Assembly: GCA_002104905.1 (NCBI GenBank)
Contig: MCFE01000457.1
Location: forward strand, 7,871-71,870
Origin: Basidiobolus meristosporus CBS 931.73
Lineage: Eukaryota > Fungi > Basidiobolomycota
Direction: 5' to 3'
DNA: 64,000 nucleotides
Part shown: piece by piece, positions 21,454 through 32,054 of the stretch
Layout of the letters: each line of letters starts with the position of its first letter
How positions within the stretch are numbered: position 1 is the stretch's first letter
The notes under the pieces: model-generated
Seen by the model: only the letters and a program-made list of their open reading frames with translations
Databases searched by the model: none
Told to the model about the DNA's origin: nothing
Position numbers and translations under genes: made by a program

Positions 21454-24330
21454 ATGGACAAACCTACTCAGACTCAACACCGTAAGAGAAGAGAAAAAAG
21501 ACCATGTGGCTATTGTGGCCAGCCTCTCTGCCATGCAGCACACAGACAGGACTTGTTCCATCATTCCAGCTGATCATAGTGCCCAATAGTGCCATAGCAT
21601 GCCAGATGGTGCCTGATCATGCCATAGAGTACCAGATGGTGCCATACAGTGCCAATTTGGGATCAAAATTGACATGCATATGACCCTAAAATATCAAATT
21701 ATTAACAAAATATACAGCACTCTCTGGCACTATGATCAATGGCACAATGGAACAAGTCTACAGCATAGGAAGTATTACAAGGTTCATGGCCAGTGTTTTG
21801 CCACTCAAGTCATATTTGACCATTCATTGGTCACTACCATAGCAACATTATCTTGCCAGCCAGTTGATACTACTATATTGGCACCTGGCTGTCTTTGTCA
21901 CCTTGTGCAAACTGAGTCAGGTGAATTTGTGATGCCTTTAGGCTCACCTCAGCCTTCTGAATATGGCACACAGAGTGATAGTGCTGACAAAGAAGGTTCA
22001 CTAATGGATTTTGAGCTTATCTCCCCTAACAACAGTACCAAATATAAGCCTGGTCAAATCCCTATATGCAAAAAGACAACACACGTTGAAACAAATGCTG
22101 AGGATACTTTATTGAGCCAAGTAAGCACAGTAATCCATGTACTGGTGAATGATGTAGTGTTGTGGCTAGAGAAGTGGCGCCTTTCCACTAATATCAGTAA
22201 AGGGGATTTTGAGGATTTAATACTACTTCTTGCCAAAATCATGCCAGCTTGCAACTTACCATGTACATGGTATAGGTGGATAACCATAATGGGGTTGGCA
22301 ACATATGATGCAGAGACTGTCCTGGATCCAGCATGTGTTAACAGTTGCATGGCATTCACATCCAAAAATGCTACCATTACACCGTTTCCAAATTGTCAGG
22401 AATCCACCACCATTGAGGGAAAACATTGTTTACACTTGAGATATATTCCGGTTATACCCCATCTGAGGAAGCTGATGCAGTCCAATAAATATTGCAAAGC
22501 TATACAGTACCACACTCAGTATCTATCAAGCGCAAACATATCTAATATATTTGATGACAAACATTACAAACAGCTAAGAAGCAAGGGCTACTTTGAAGGT
22601 ATGTATGACTATGCACTTGCTTCAGCACTTGATGGATTCTCATTAAATAAGTACTCTACCAGCAAATCCTGCTGGCTACTGATTCTCATCAATCTGAATC
22701 TGCCCACCATCTTATGGTACCAGAGCAATAATCTTATGGTAGTCTCACTGGTATCTGGGCCTAAATCACCATCCAACCTGAATAGCTCCTGGTATCCATT
22801 GCTGGATGAATTTTGTCTGCTTTCCAGCAGGATAACAGTGAATGGCTGTCATGTAAAAGCACATATTATTATCTGCATTGGAGATACCCCAACCATCAGC
22901 AAGATAGCAGGTTTTTCTGGGCACAATGGATGGTGTTGCTGTCAAATGTGTGAGATCCAGGGGATTTACTCCATAACTCACACACCTTATCATTAGCCAA
23001 ACACTAGCCCTAGGAACATCATCCTTCTACAGAGAGAATGTACAGAAATCAACATGCAATTGCAGCAAAGTTGGCAAGCTATAAGCCATTGGCTGGAATA
23101 TGGAATCAATTGGAAACAGGAGAAACTTAAGATAAAAGGTATCTGTCGGAGCAAAAGCTTTCCACTGGGTGCAATGCATTTGCTTTTCAACAATATCCCT
23201 ACACTGATGACCAAGTTGTACATGGGGCATTTCAAGCTAAATGAGCCCTTTGAGATGCCAGAGAAATGGGAAAGAATTGGCAAGATATTACAGAGTATCT
23301 GCCACCCTAAGTACTTCTCACAAGCTGCAATCAACATTCCTACACATATGCAACAATATAAATGCAAAGACTGGATGAGTTGGATATGCATTTATTCAAG
23401 TGGGGTTCTGAAGCGATTTCTACCAAATGTACATTGGATGCATTGGAAGTCAAATGTGGACATTGTAGGAATATTTATCCAGAAGTGGATCATCAATGCC
23501 AACTTGACACTTCTAGACTATAGCCTAGCTAGGGGCTTTGCCATCATATCTACCACCATCATGTCAGTTGAGTAGTAAATCAACTGCACTAAGCTATTTT
23601 TTGGAGCCTCCCTCACAAAGTGGTGTTTTATATATAGGTACTTAGTTTTGGCTTGATTATTACATTTCTTAGATAGTGAAATACAACTTTGATTATCCTA
23701 GTAACCACATGTTGACTCATCTAAGTCAAGACCCAAGTCTTTACATAGTTTTTGTAACCATAGAGCCACCTTAGTTGCTTGATAAGCAGTCATATACTCT
23801 TCTTTGGTTGTAGAGTGTGGTATAATTGGTTATGTATTGCAATTCCAACTAACAGCTGCTCTAGCATATGCAACTACATACCCAGAGGTAGAGTGTCTGT
23901 CAATCAGACCCTACCTCAATCTGAAAACTATAGCCATTGCATCTTTGCCTATCAGCTGCTCCACAGTAATACAGAATCATAATTAAGATACCATGTAAAT
24001 ATCTGAAGATATTCCTAATAGCTGCAATTTGAATACAAACACAATTACAGATGAGTTGAGTTACTATTCTTACTGTCACTGAACTATAGGGTCATGTATA
24101 AACCAAAAAGTACATCAGGATCCTGGCCACTGATTGATATAAAAAGTCTTGGTCCATATTCAGGCTGCTATCACCCAAAACGTACTCAATTATATGTGAA
24201 TGTTAATTTTTAATTTTGAAGCATCCAATAGTGTCTTTGAGGTACTTGGACTGATTCAGCACAATTTTCTGCATAAATATGTCAAATTTGACTTTAACTA
24301 GAAGAAAATAGCTCAATTTTTCAAGATCTT
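21454..24330 (+). mobile_element. CACTA/EnSpm (Tnp2/Transposase_21) transposase pseudogene
   Basis: ATG at 21454, then CGYC...H, ALASALDGF, WLLILINLNLP, GPKSP, IGDTPTISKIAGFSGHNG..CCQMC and LGAMHLLFNN. Interrupted by a MITE and by in-frame stops. The element termini were not found and the 3' boundary is approximate. Confidence 0.85.
21549..21759. mobile_element. 211-bp MITE of the PHIS family
   Basis: Termini GGACTTGTTCC...GGAACAAGTCT with a 3-bp ACA duplication. It is absent from the homologous CACTA copy at ~56080. Internal ATAGTGCC-type subterminal repeats. Confidence 0.85.
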
Positions 24331-24381
24331 TGATTTAAAACTTGCTCAAAAAGTCCTATTTTTTCAGTTAATGTGCATCTA

Positions 24382-26715
24382 TAGTAATGGAGACTATTTC
24401 ATTACTACAATATCTCAAAACCAATATTGCACTCATTTCTTTACTTTGCTTTTGCTATTATAAACAAAAATGAATGATCAAGAAGTTCCAACTGTTATGG
24501 ACAAAAGCTCAAGACCCAGACAAGCAATCCACCTAAGAGCATTATGTCATACAGATTACTCAGTAACCATCAAGCTTTCAGGATGTACTGGCTTATTCAG
24601 AATCAGGATCAATAACTATGCTCAACTTGCTCAGCTACTGGCTCAACTATTACAGAAAAATCTGAAACCTGAATGGCATGAAGAACAGGCATATGCTATG
24701 TTGGTATTGCTTGAGTTATTATCAAAGCCACATGTTTTAGTAGCTATAAGCCTCAATGCAATTGATACATAACCAATCATTGTATCAGTATATAGCTATG
24801 GAACTGGGTTTGGAGGGAACATAATTCAAGTTTCAATAGATCATCACTGACAACCTTGCAAATATTGCAGTAGAATTTCATAGGAAATGAGCTTAACTAT
24901 CCATCTATCATGAAAGAAGCATTGGGAGTACCTTATGCACTCAAAAAGCTAAAGCTATACTTGTTAGAAGTACACTTCATGCTAGTAGTTGATGTCAAGC
25001 CATTATTAGGGATGTTGAATAAGGTAGAGCTTTTGCCTGCTCTGATTCTAGCAGAGTAGATATGATAAACCCAGATATTTGACTTAATGCTACAACACAT
25101 GTCAGGAGCAAATCACAAGGGACCTGGTGCTTTATCTAGAAAGCAGCCAAATGCACCATAATCAGCTGATATTGATGAGATTGATGAATTTCTTGAAAAT
25201 ACAAGTCTTGAATTCTCACTCAGAAATGTAATACAAAGCAATTATCAGCAAATCAAGGAATATCTCACACCACTCAAAACTCCTGCCAGCATTCCAACAA
25301 ATCAACACACAAATTATAAAATAAAGGCTTTGTGGTTTACACTGCATGACAGCACAATTTTCAGAAAAAGCAAATATGGAGTTCCTCAATGGTATGTACA
25401 TGACAAGCATGATCAGAGGAAATCATTCATAAATTGGATGAGCCTGAATCAGGATATCATACAGGAATTATGTCAATATATGCAAAAATCTCCTTACAGT
25501 TGTTATGATCTGTTATGTTGTATTATGATTAGTTTGGGGCTTGTTCTACAATGTAGAGGCTAATCAACAATATACAACAACTTCCAGTATGCCAATACTG
25601 AAATATTTGTTGGGAGTCTGATATACCAATAGATGATATAACTATCACTAATTTCCTCAATCTTAGGCACAAAATATACTGTAGGCAGTGTCTATCACTT
25701 CTGCAGCAGTGTTCTGACCTTGTGTTGACTAATGGGCTTATTTGCTTTTATAGTAACTTTTCCTCATTTGGAAGTCAATTTCCTCTCTGAGAGAATATTT
25801 CCTAATATGGAAGTTCTGAACTCCCCTTTAACCTAAAGGGGTGTGTTGTAGAAGTCTCTAAAGGGGTCTTTAGACCTAAGGGGGTGTCTAAAGGGGTCTC
25901 TTTGGAGTAAAGGGGCCTCTTGTAGTGGTCTCTAAAGTGGATTTTACACTAAAGGGGTGCCTAAAGGGGCTTCTTTAGAGTAAAGGGGTTTCTTATAGGG
26001 GTCTCTGAAGGGGTCTTTAGAGTAAAGGGGTTTCTTAGAGGGGACTTTTCCAACAGAAAAGCGGTAGTTTCTTGTAGAACTTAGATTGGACTCTTGTGAG
26101 CTTTGCAGTCTCCTTAATGATGTAGTACCAATCAAAGTCAGAATACTCAACAGTGCAAGTGATGAGGGAAAGTCTTATAACTTTTAAACTTGTAATTGTA
26201 GTGTGGAGATTCTGGAAAGAGAGGCTCTCCCTTTATTTTTCAGCTGGGGAAGTCATATATATGAAAATTCTGAAGGATCAAAGTTTTTGGGTGATTGCAC
26301 AAGCAATACACGTGATACAGAGCTAAAATTGTGCATTGGCACAGATTGGACATAGGTGCAGTACCTGTCAAAATATCATGTGACTTGATTGGCTGGTTTG
26401 AAAGTTACATGCAATCAAAGTCACCATAGTAATCCTAGCAATAAGCTATAGTGTATATAATAATTGGACTCTTTTGGTCATAACTCCATTAGTACTGCTT
26501 CAACTGAGCTGTAATTTGAAACATGTGTTAACTACTATGTGTTCTGTATGAAATAATATTCTTGAGTTGATTGCTTGTTAGGATCTGGAGCATTTGTCCT
26601 CCAAAGTTGGAAATTCTTGATCTTTCACTTGTGTGTTACAATAACAAAAAGCAAAATAAAGAAATGAGTGCAATATTGGTTTAGAGATATTATAGTAATG
26701 GAATATTTTCCATTA
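24382..26715. mobile_element. Fragments of a second Ty3/Gypsy family in both orientations
   Basis: Plus strand: RNase H-like PIIVSVYSYGTGFGG and LNYPSIMKEALGVPYALKKLK..VDVKPLLGMLNK. Minus strand: gag/protease traces at 26.1-25.6 kb. Inverted ~180-bp LTR-like ends at 24382-24560 and 26540-26715. Confidence 0.55.
25830..26045. repeat. Irregular minisatellite built on TAAAGGGG units
   Basis: About ten (C/G)TAAAGGGG or TA(A/G)GGGG motifs at 11-30 bp spacing. Confidence 0.8.
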
Positions 26716-29562
26716 CCACAGATCTACTGCTTGAATGTTTAAGTTAGAGCAGTTTTTAGTCAAATCAATTAGTTATATGCTTAGCCTATCAGTATATCAT
26801 TATTATCTATCAAATCCGTAGATTAGTCAGCAAGTAAATCAGCAAATCCTTACCAGACAGGAATAGATATATTAAGTAGGATCTTATTGGGTGATGATGA
26901 TGAAATCAAATGAGTCATCAGCCATAGCTTACATCAGGAAATACAATTAGTCAGCAATTGATCTGGCAAAATGCATATAAGGAGTTGCTGGAACCTCAAT
27001 AAAAATTAGTTCAAGTTCTAGTGCGTACAATACTAGCTAAACGCCCTATTCCTCTACAACTCTTATACCAAGACTTGTAACATTAGTAGTAGCAAAAACC
27101 ATAAACCTCCCTCCTAAAGAAAGAAGGAGCCTCCCTCAAGATGTCCAAAAGTCAATAATGAAAGAATGCTATGCAGCAAATCTTGGCCCAACAGCAACAA
27201 GGAATGACTACCATGGCCCAAAGCCAGCAAAATCTGTCAAGAGCTACTTTAGTGTGAAGGTAAACCAGTACCATGGTAGAGTCAATAAAAACCTGCAAAC
27301 TTGGCTCTAACAAATTGAAAAAACTTTGAAGTCTAAGGGAATTGCTCCAGAAGGCAAGTAACATTATGCAGCCTGTTACCTGGCCAATGCAGCTTTACAG
27401 TGGTACCACAACAAGATTACGTCAGCCACCATAATGGGATGCTCTACAATCTCTACCTGGGATGAGTTTGTGTTGGAAACTCAGGATGCTTTTGAACCTC
27501 CACACTAGCAGACACTACCAAGAGGAAAGTTGAAGACATTCAGACAGAATGGAGTGGTTCAAGAGTACATCTATGAGTATAGATGTCTACTGGGACAAAT
27601 TGAAAGAATGGACCTCCTGGATCAAGTGTAATACTTTATTGATGGGTTGAAAGAAAGAACTTGCAGCAAGTGAATTATGAAAGACCCCAGACTATTGAAG
27701 AAGCCATCAAGATTGCCATTGACTATGACTCAGCTATGTTTGGAGTTGGGAAGCCCACAATTACCAACCAGAGAGGCTACAATCACTATGAAAGCAGATG
27801 ATCAGAAGCAGTGCCAATGAAAATAGATGCTATGCAGAGGAATTCTACCTCATAAGAGTGTAAGAAGAAAGGAATTTGCTTCAATTGCCACCAGAAGGGA
27901 CATATTGCAAAGTACTGCCCTTAGAGAGAAATGGACACAAGCCATCAAGAACCTTCAACCATATTGAAGCTCTTGAACATAGTAACATGGAGGATGAAGT
28001 TGAACAAGACTGAGAACTCACCTTCTATATGACAGAAGAATACCTATCCCAGATGACCTCAAACTCAGGAAAGCTGCTATATTTGAATGGAGTAATCAAT
28101 GGAGTACCTGCCAAGAACATGATTGACTCAGGAGCATTGCATGAGTACATGTCAGAGCAATTTGCTTTGAAAGCTGGAATCAACTTGGAACCCACCAAAT
28201 CAACTTCAGTCTCAACAGCTGATGGGAATTCTTATATAATCAACCATATTACTCAGCCAGTAAAGATGCAGATCAATGATATGAAGAAGACCTACAGGCC
28301 TATATATTTGGGAACTGCAAGTTTGACCTCGTACTTGGAAAAACCTGGCTATTTGTTGCAATCCATCAATCAACTGGAGAACCCATGCTACTCATATCCA
28401 GAGCAAATAACGTAAAAACACTTTCGCAACCGATAAACTTTATATGTTTATGTACAATCTTTATTTTGCGACAACCATTCAGTAAACTTTTTTTTCTTTT
28501 TTAAAAAAATTTGTCAAACATTTTCCCTCTTATTTTTCATTTGACATATCCCAAACCCACTCCTACGCCCATTTCCCACATGTCTATTTTTATGACTCTT
28601 CTCCCTTGAGCTATTACCAGTAAGACTGGATTTCAAACTGGTTAATTCCAGTGTGTGTGAAGCAAGTGAACTTAGCAAGACACAGCTCTGTAGAGCACTT
28701 AGAAAAGGAACCCAGATGTTCCTCATGGTGGTATCACAAGATGATTCCTCTACTGCAGTACCCCAGAAGGTCCAGGCTCTTTTAGAGGAATATTCAGACA
28801 TATTTCCAGATGAACCTGTAGGCCTACCACCAGTTAGAGATGTTGATCATGCCATTGACACAGGAGATAGCCCTTTATTGAGTAAGACACCTTACAGAAT
28901 GAGTCCATTGGAATTGGAAGAAATGAAGAGACAAATAGATCAGTTATTGGAGTAAGGATATATCAGACCCATCAAGTCACCATGGGGAGCACCAGTATGT
29001 TTTGTGAATTAGAAGAATGGAATACTTAGGATGTGCATTGACTACAGAGCCCTCAACACAGTTACCATGAAGAATAAGTACCCCATACCTTGGGTTGATG
29101 AACTTCTAGACCAACTCAACAGAGCCACTGTGGTGGTGTATAGGTCCAATGGAGAGATATGTCCAACACTTCTCAAGTGTTTTGTGTGTGGGGTATTCAC
29201 TGGGTGCAATAGCCTCTGGCAAAAGCTTGCTAGGAATACTTGGGTTCTGTCTCTAATCTAATGGTATGGGGAATAAAGCTACAAGCTTGTCAAGGGAAAG
29301 CTATTGAGCTACAATCCCCAACTTGGTTGGCTTCTTAACAAAAGTATGTGCTGGGTTCAGCGTCCTTTGAGTTGACTATAGACTTGTTCCGTTGGATAGT
29401 GCCGCATAGTGCCAGCCTGTTTATAGTGCCGGATTGATCCGGCACCCTACGGCACTATCTGGCACTATAATTTCTACCATGATGCCAGTGGTATGATACA
29501 GTTACTGGTAATTTTACTCAATCTTACTTATGTTGCTCAGAATAGTGCTTTCCTTGCTTTAT

Positions 29563-30447
29563 TTACTCTTCATAATGCTCCAGACACATTTCTCTCAGTG
29601 GATGTCTTCTTGTATGAACGTACTGTGCATTAATAAGTATCTTAACTATTTTACCTATTCTGCTGTTTTCTCCTATATATGACTTTCCTCTGTATTTACC
29701 TGCCAATATGCTGAATCTCTTCAGATATCCAAATGTGTGCTCTACCCTTACTCTGAAATGATTAAATATCTCATTGTAGAGCTTCTGCTTCCTGCTAAGT
29801 ACACCATTCCTTGGCTTCCTATAAGCCGTAATACATCCTAATCTCTGACAATCCTCTCCTATATAAGCTAAGTCTGCCATACATTTCTCCCCTCTACTGA
29901 ATTCAGGATGATTCTCTACCCAGAGTGCTTTGTCATGCCTACTTCCAGCAAATGGCCCACTAAACCAGATGATGTTACCCTCAATGTCAGACAGTGCTTG
30001 AAACTTCACACAGTGTGCCTTGTACTTGCCAGAATAAAAGTGTCTCTGCCCTCTAGAAGGTCTGTTAATCCTCACTGGGAAGGTATCCAAAATACTCCTG
30101 ATATGGAACCTGTTGCTGAACACTCTGGGATATGGAAGTCTATTGGAGCTTCTGAACCTAGTATTCCAAGCTTGCTCTAAGTCATTCATACCCTCTGCAA
30201 GGTGGTTCTCCATTGCTGTCAGCTGGGAATGAAAGCTTCTAGGACTTTTGTTGCCATGGATGGTGGGATGAAACCTTGTAGGGCAATAGTTCTTGTAATA
30301 GCAGAGAAGCTTGACAAGAGATCTCCTTGAGTAGATTGGGGTTGATGGTCCACAGTACTTGGAATAGATCTCCTCTAGTGTGTCAAAAGGAAATCCAGTG
30401 GTAGTGATGGGATTGATAAGAAAAGACCATTCAGATGAGTAAGTCAT
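29563..30447 (-). CDS. DDE_Tnp_4 (IS5/PIF-Harbinger/ISL2EU-type) transposase, 294 aa, intronless
   Basis: Catalytic triad ILDTF / MADLAY / RVEHTFGYLKRF, plus FYSGKYKAHCVKFQ and GPFAGSRHD. The ORF is uninterrupted. Confidence 0.9.
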   Translation of the reverse strand: MTYSSEWSFLINPITTTGFPFDTLEEIYSKYCGPSTPIYSRRSLVKLLCYYKNYCPTRFHPTIHGNKSPRSFHSQLTAMENHLAEGMNDLEQAWNTRFRSSNRLPYPRVFSNRFHIRSILDTFPVRINRPSRGQRHFYSGKYKAHCVKFQALSDIEGNIIWFSGPFAGSRHDKALWVENHPEFSRGEKCMADLAYIGEDCQRLGCITAYRKPRNGVLSRKQKLYNEIFNHFRVRVEHTFGYLKRFSILAGKYRGKSYIGENSRIGKIVKILINAQYVHTRRHPLREMCLEHYEE

Positions 30448-30806
30448 ATTAAAATTGGTAGATGATCGTATAAAGGCGGTTTGAATTGATTTGGCGCGAT
30501 CCGCCTTATTTATCTGATTTTTAATACATTATGGTTAAATCTCCATCAATTGCCACGTATCGCATCATTATGTCGCAAAAATCATCCGCAAACAATGCCT
30601 TGATACTTTTATTGATGCTTTAATCATAGGTCTATAATCAAATAGGAAATCTGCGATTGATGTGATCTGATCCGTGTCAACGCAATCCGAGATGCATCAT
30701 GCATAATATATGGAGATTTCAACAATCACATTAGTTTTCATATATATTTCATATAAGACCAGGTTGATGTCAATATACTGCTGTATAAGTATCCAAATCC
30801 GTTGCT

Positions 30807-32054
30807 ATGGTCCCCATACCAAGCCTCAACTCATCTTTAGTACAACCCAGACAAAACCCATCCCCCAGCTCACAAGCGCGGTCCGGACCGGAAAAGTCAA
30901 TGTTGGATCCGTTCAAATTCTCGCCAAATGATTTTAGTATGGCCCAAGTGTCTATGATGAGCCTTCATACAGATATTTGGGCACTACTGATTAATCTAGC
31001 AGAACTAGATACCTCAGAGAGTCGACAAAGATGGAAGAATTTGAGTAGAAAGCTGTGGCATGAGTTCTACATCAAGATGCCAGCCAATGTATGTAAAAAG
31101 ATATATAACAAGACAAGTATTGAAATCAAGAATGAGCTGAGAGTGAGGGGATTTGACGAAGAAGCCGCGCGGGAGCAATTTCGCGCGCAATTTGCACAGT
31201 ACAGGCCGGACGCGTCCGTTCGTGCCTCAACTTTGGGAATCAAAGAGATTTTGAATGAGTTTTTGCCTCAAATGACTAATGTACTACGTGATATATTAGT
31301 AGAGCTAAGTGGCTTCCAAAAGCAATATACACAGGACTCATCCAGGCAACAGCTCCAAAGTATCAGACAGAGGGTAAGTGAATACCTTGAGGAATCAGAT
31401 GGTGAGCTTCAGGAGGAAGAATACAGACCGCGAGCAACATCATCCAGATTGCGCCAGCACGCCTCGCTGGATTCCCTACCATCTCTTGCAACCACAGCGC
31501 GCCGGCGCACATCAGTCCAGAGTACGCCAACACCCTTTACCGGAACGCCCCACCTCGAGTCAACGCGTGTTGGGTCAACGCGCGCGCTTCAGAGCAAAAC
31601 TACAAGAACTCGCCAAACTGCTCATTTAGACACAAGTCCATTGGAGCGGACCAAGTCGCGTCAACTTGCAGCATCACATCGAACTCAGCCAAGGGCCATC
31701 TCAACGCGTCAAGGAGCGCCTGCGCGTGCTGTTTTGCCTGACCATCAGCAAGTTACTTCTGGTGAACTGACTGATGATGACCAACATGAAGTGCCTCAAC
31801 CACCAGAGCCCTTGGCAAGTAAAAGAACACGTCAGCGCGTGGCACTAAAGGCCGGTTCAGTTGGTTCAGTTGGAGTGATTCAGCGCGGCCAAGCTGCAGC
31901 ATTGCACTCATCAACTAGGAGGCAAAATACTGACTACGAATACACAAGTAGCCAAGATGATAGTCAGCCAGGAAGTAGTATAGGTGTGCAAAGTGAGTCA
32001 CTACCAAATGCTTCAGTAGTAATCCCTATGAGAAAAAAACCCAGGAGAAGATGA
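30807..32054 (+). CDS. Transposon ORF2: putative Myb/SANT-like DNA-binding protein with a disordered tail and C-terminal NLS
   Basis: Uninterrupted 415 codons. N-terminal DIWALLI...RWKNLSRKLWHEF...NVCKKIYNK, a helical middle, an S/T/R/Q-rich tail, and a PMRKKPRRR end. The true start may be ATG 30807, 30900 or 30939. Confidence 0.75.
   Translation: MVPIPSLNSSLVQPRQNPSPSSQARSGPEKSMLDPFKFSPNDFSMAQVSMMSLHTDIWALLINLAELDTSESRQRWKNLSRKLWHEFYIKMPANVCKKIYNKTSIEIKNELRVRGFDEEAAREQFRAQFAQYRPDASVRASTLGIKEILNEFLPQMTNVLRDILVELSGFQKQYTQDSSRQQLQSIRQRVSEYLEESDGELQEEEYRPRATSSRLRQHASLDSLPSLATTARRRTSVQSTPTPFTGTPHLESTRVGSTRALQSKTTRTRQTAHLDTSPLERTKSRQLAASHRTQPRAISTRQGAPARAVLPDHQQVTSGELTDDDQHEVPQPPEPLASKRTRQRVALKAGSVGSVGVIQRGQAAALHSSTRRQNTDYEYTSSQDDSQPGSSIGVQSESLPNASVVIPMRKKPRRR

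Noticed and set aside
21674-21759. Start of the 440-aa transposase ORF as given by the ORF track
   Set aside because: This ATG lies inside the MITE. The original start is 21454.
25830-26045. Telomeric repeat array or chromosome fusion scar
   Set aside because: The units are irregular and embedded in retroelement sequence, with no perfect tandem run.
29391-29470. CRISPR-like short repeats (ATAGTGCC), also at 21575-21655
   Set aside because: The units are 8 bp, irregularly spaced, partly inverted and adjacent to transposon TIRs. They are subterminal repeats, the context is eukaryotic, and no cas genes are present.
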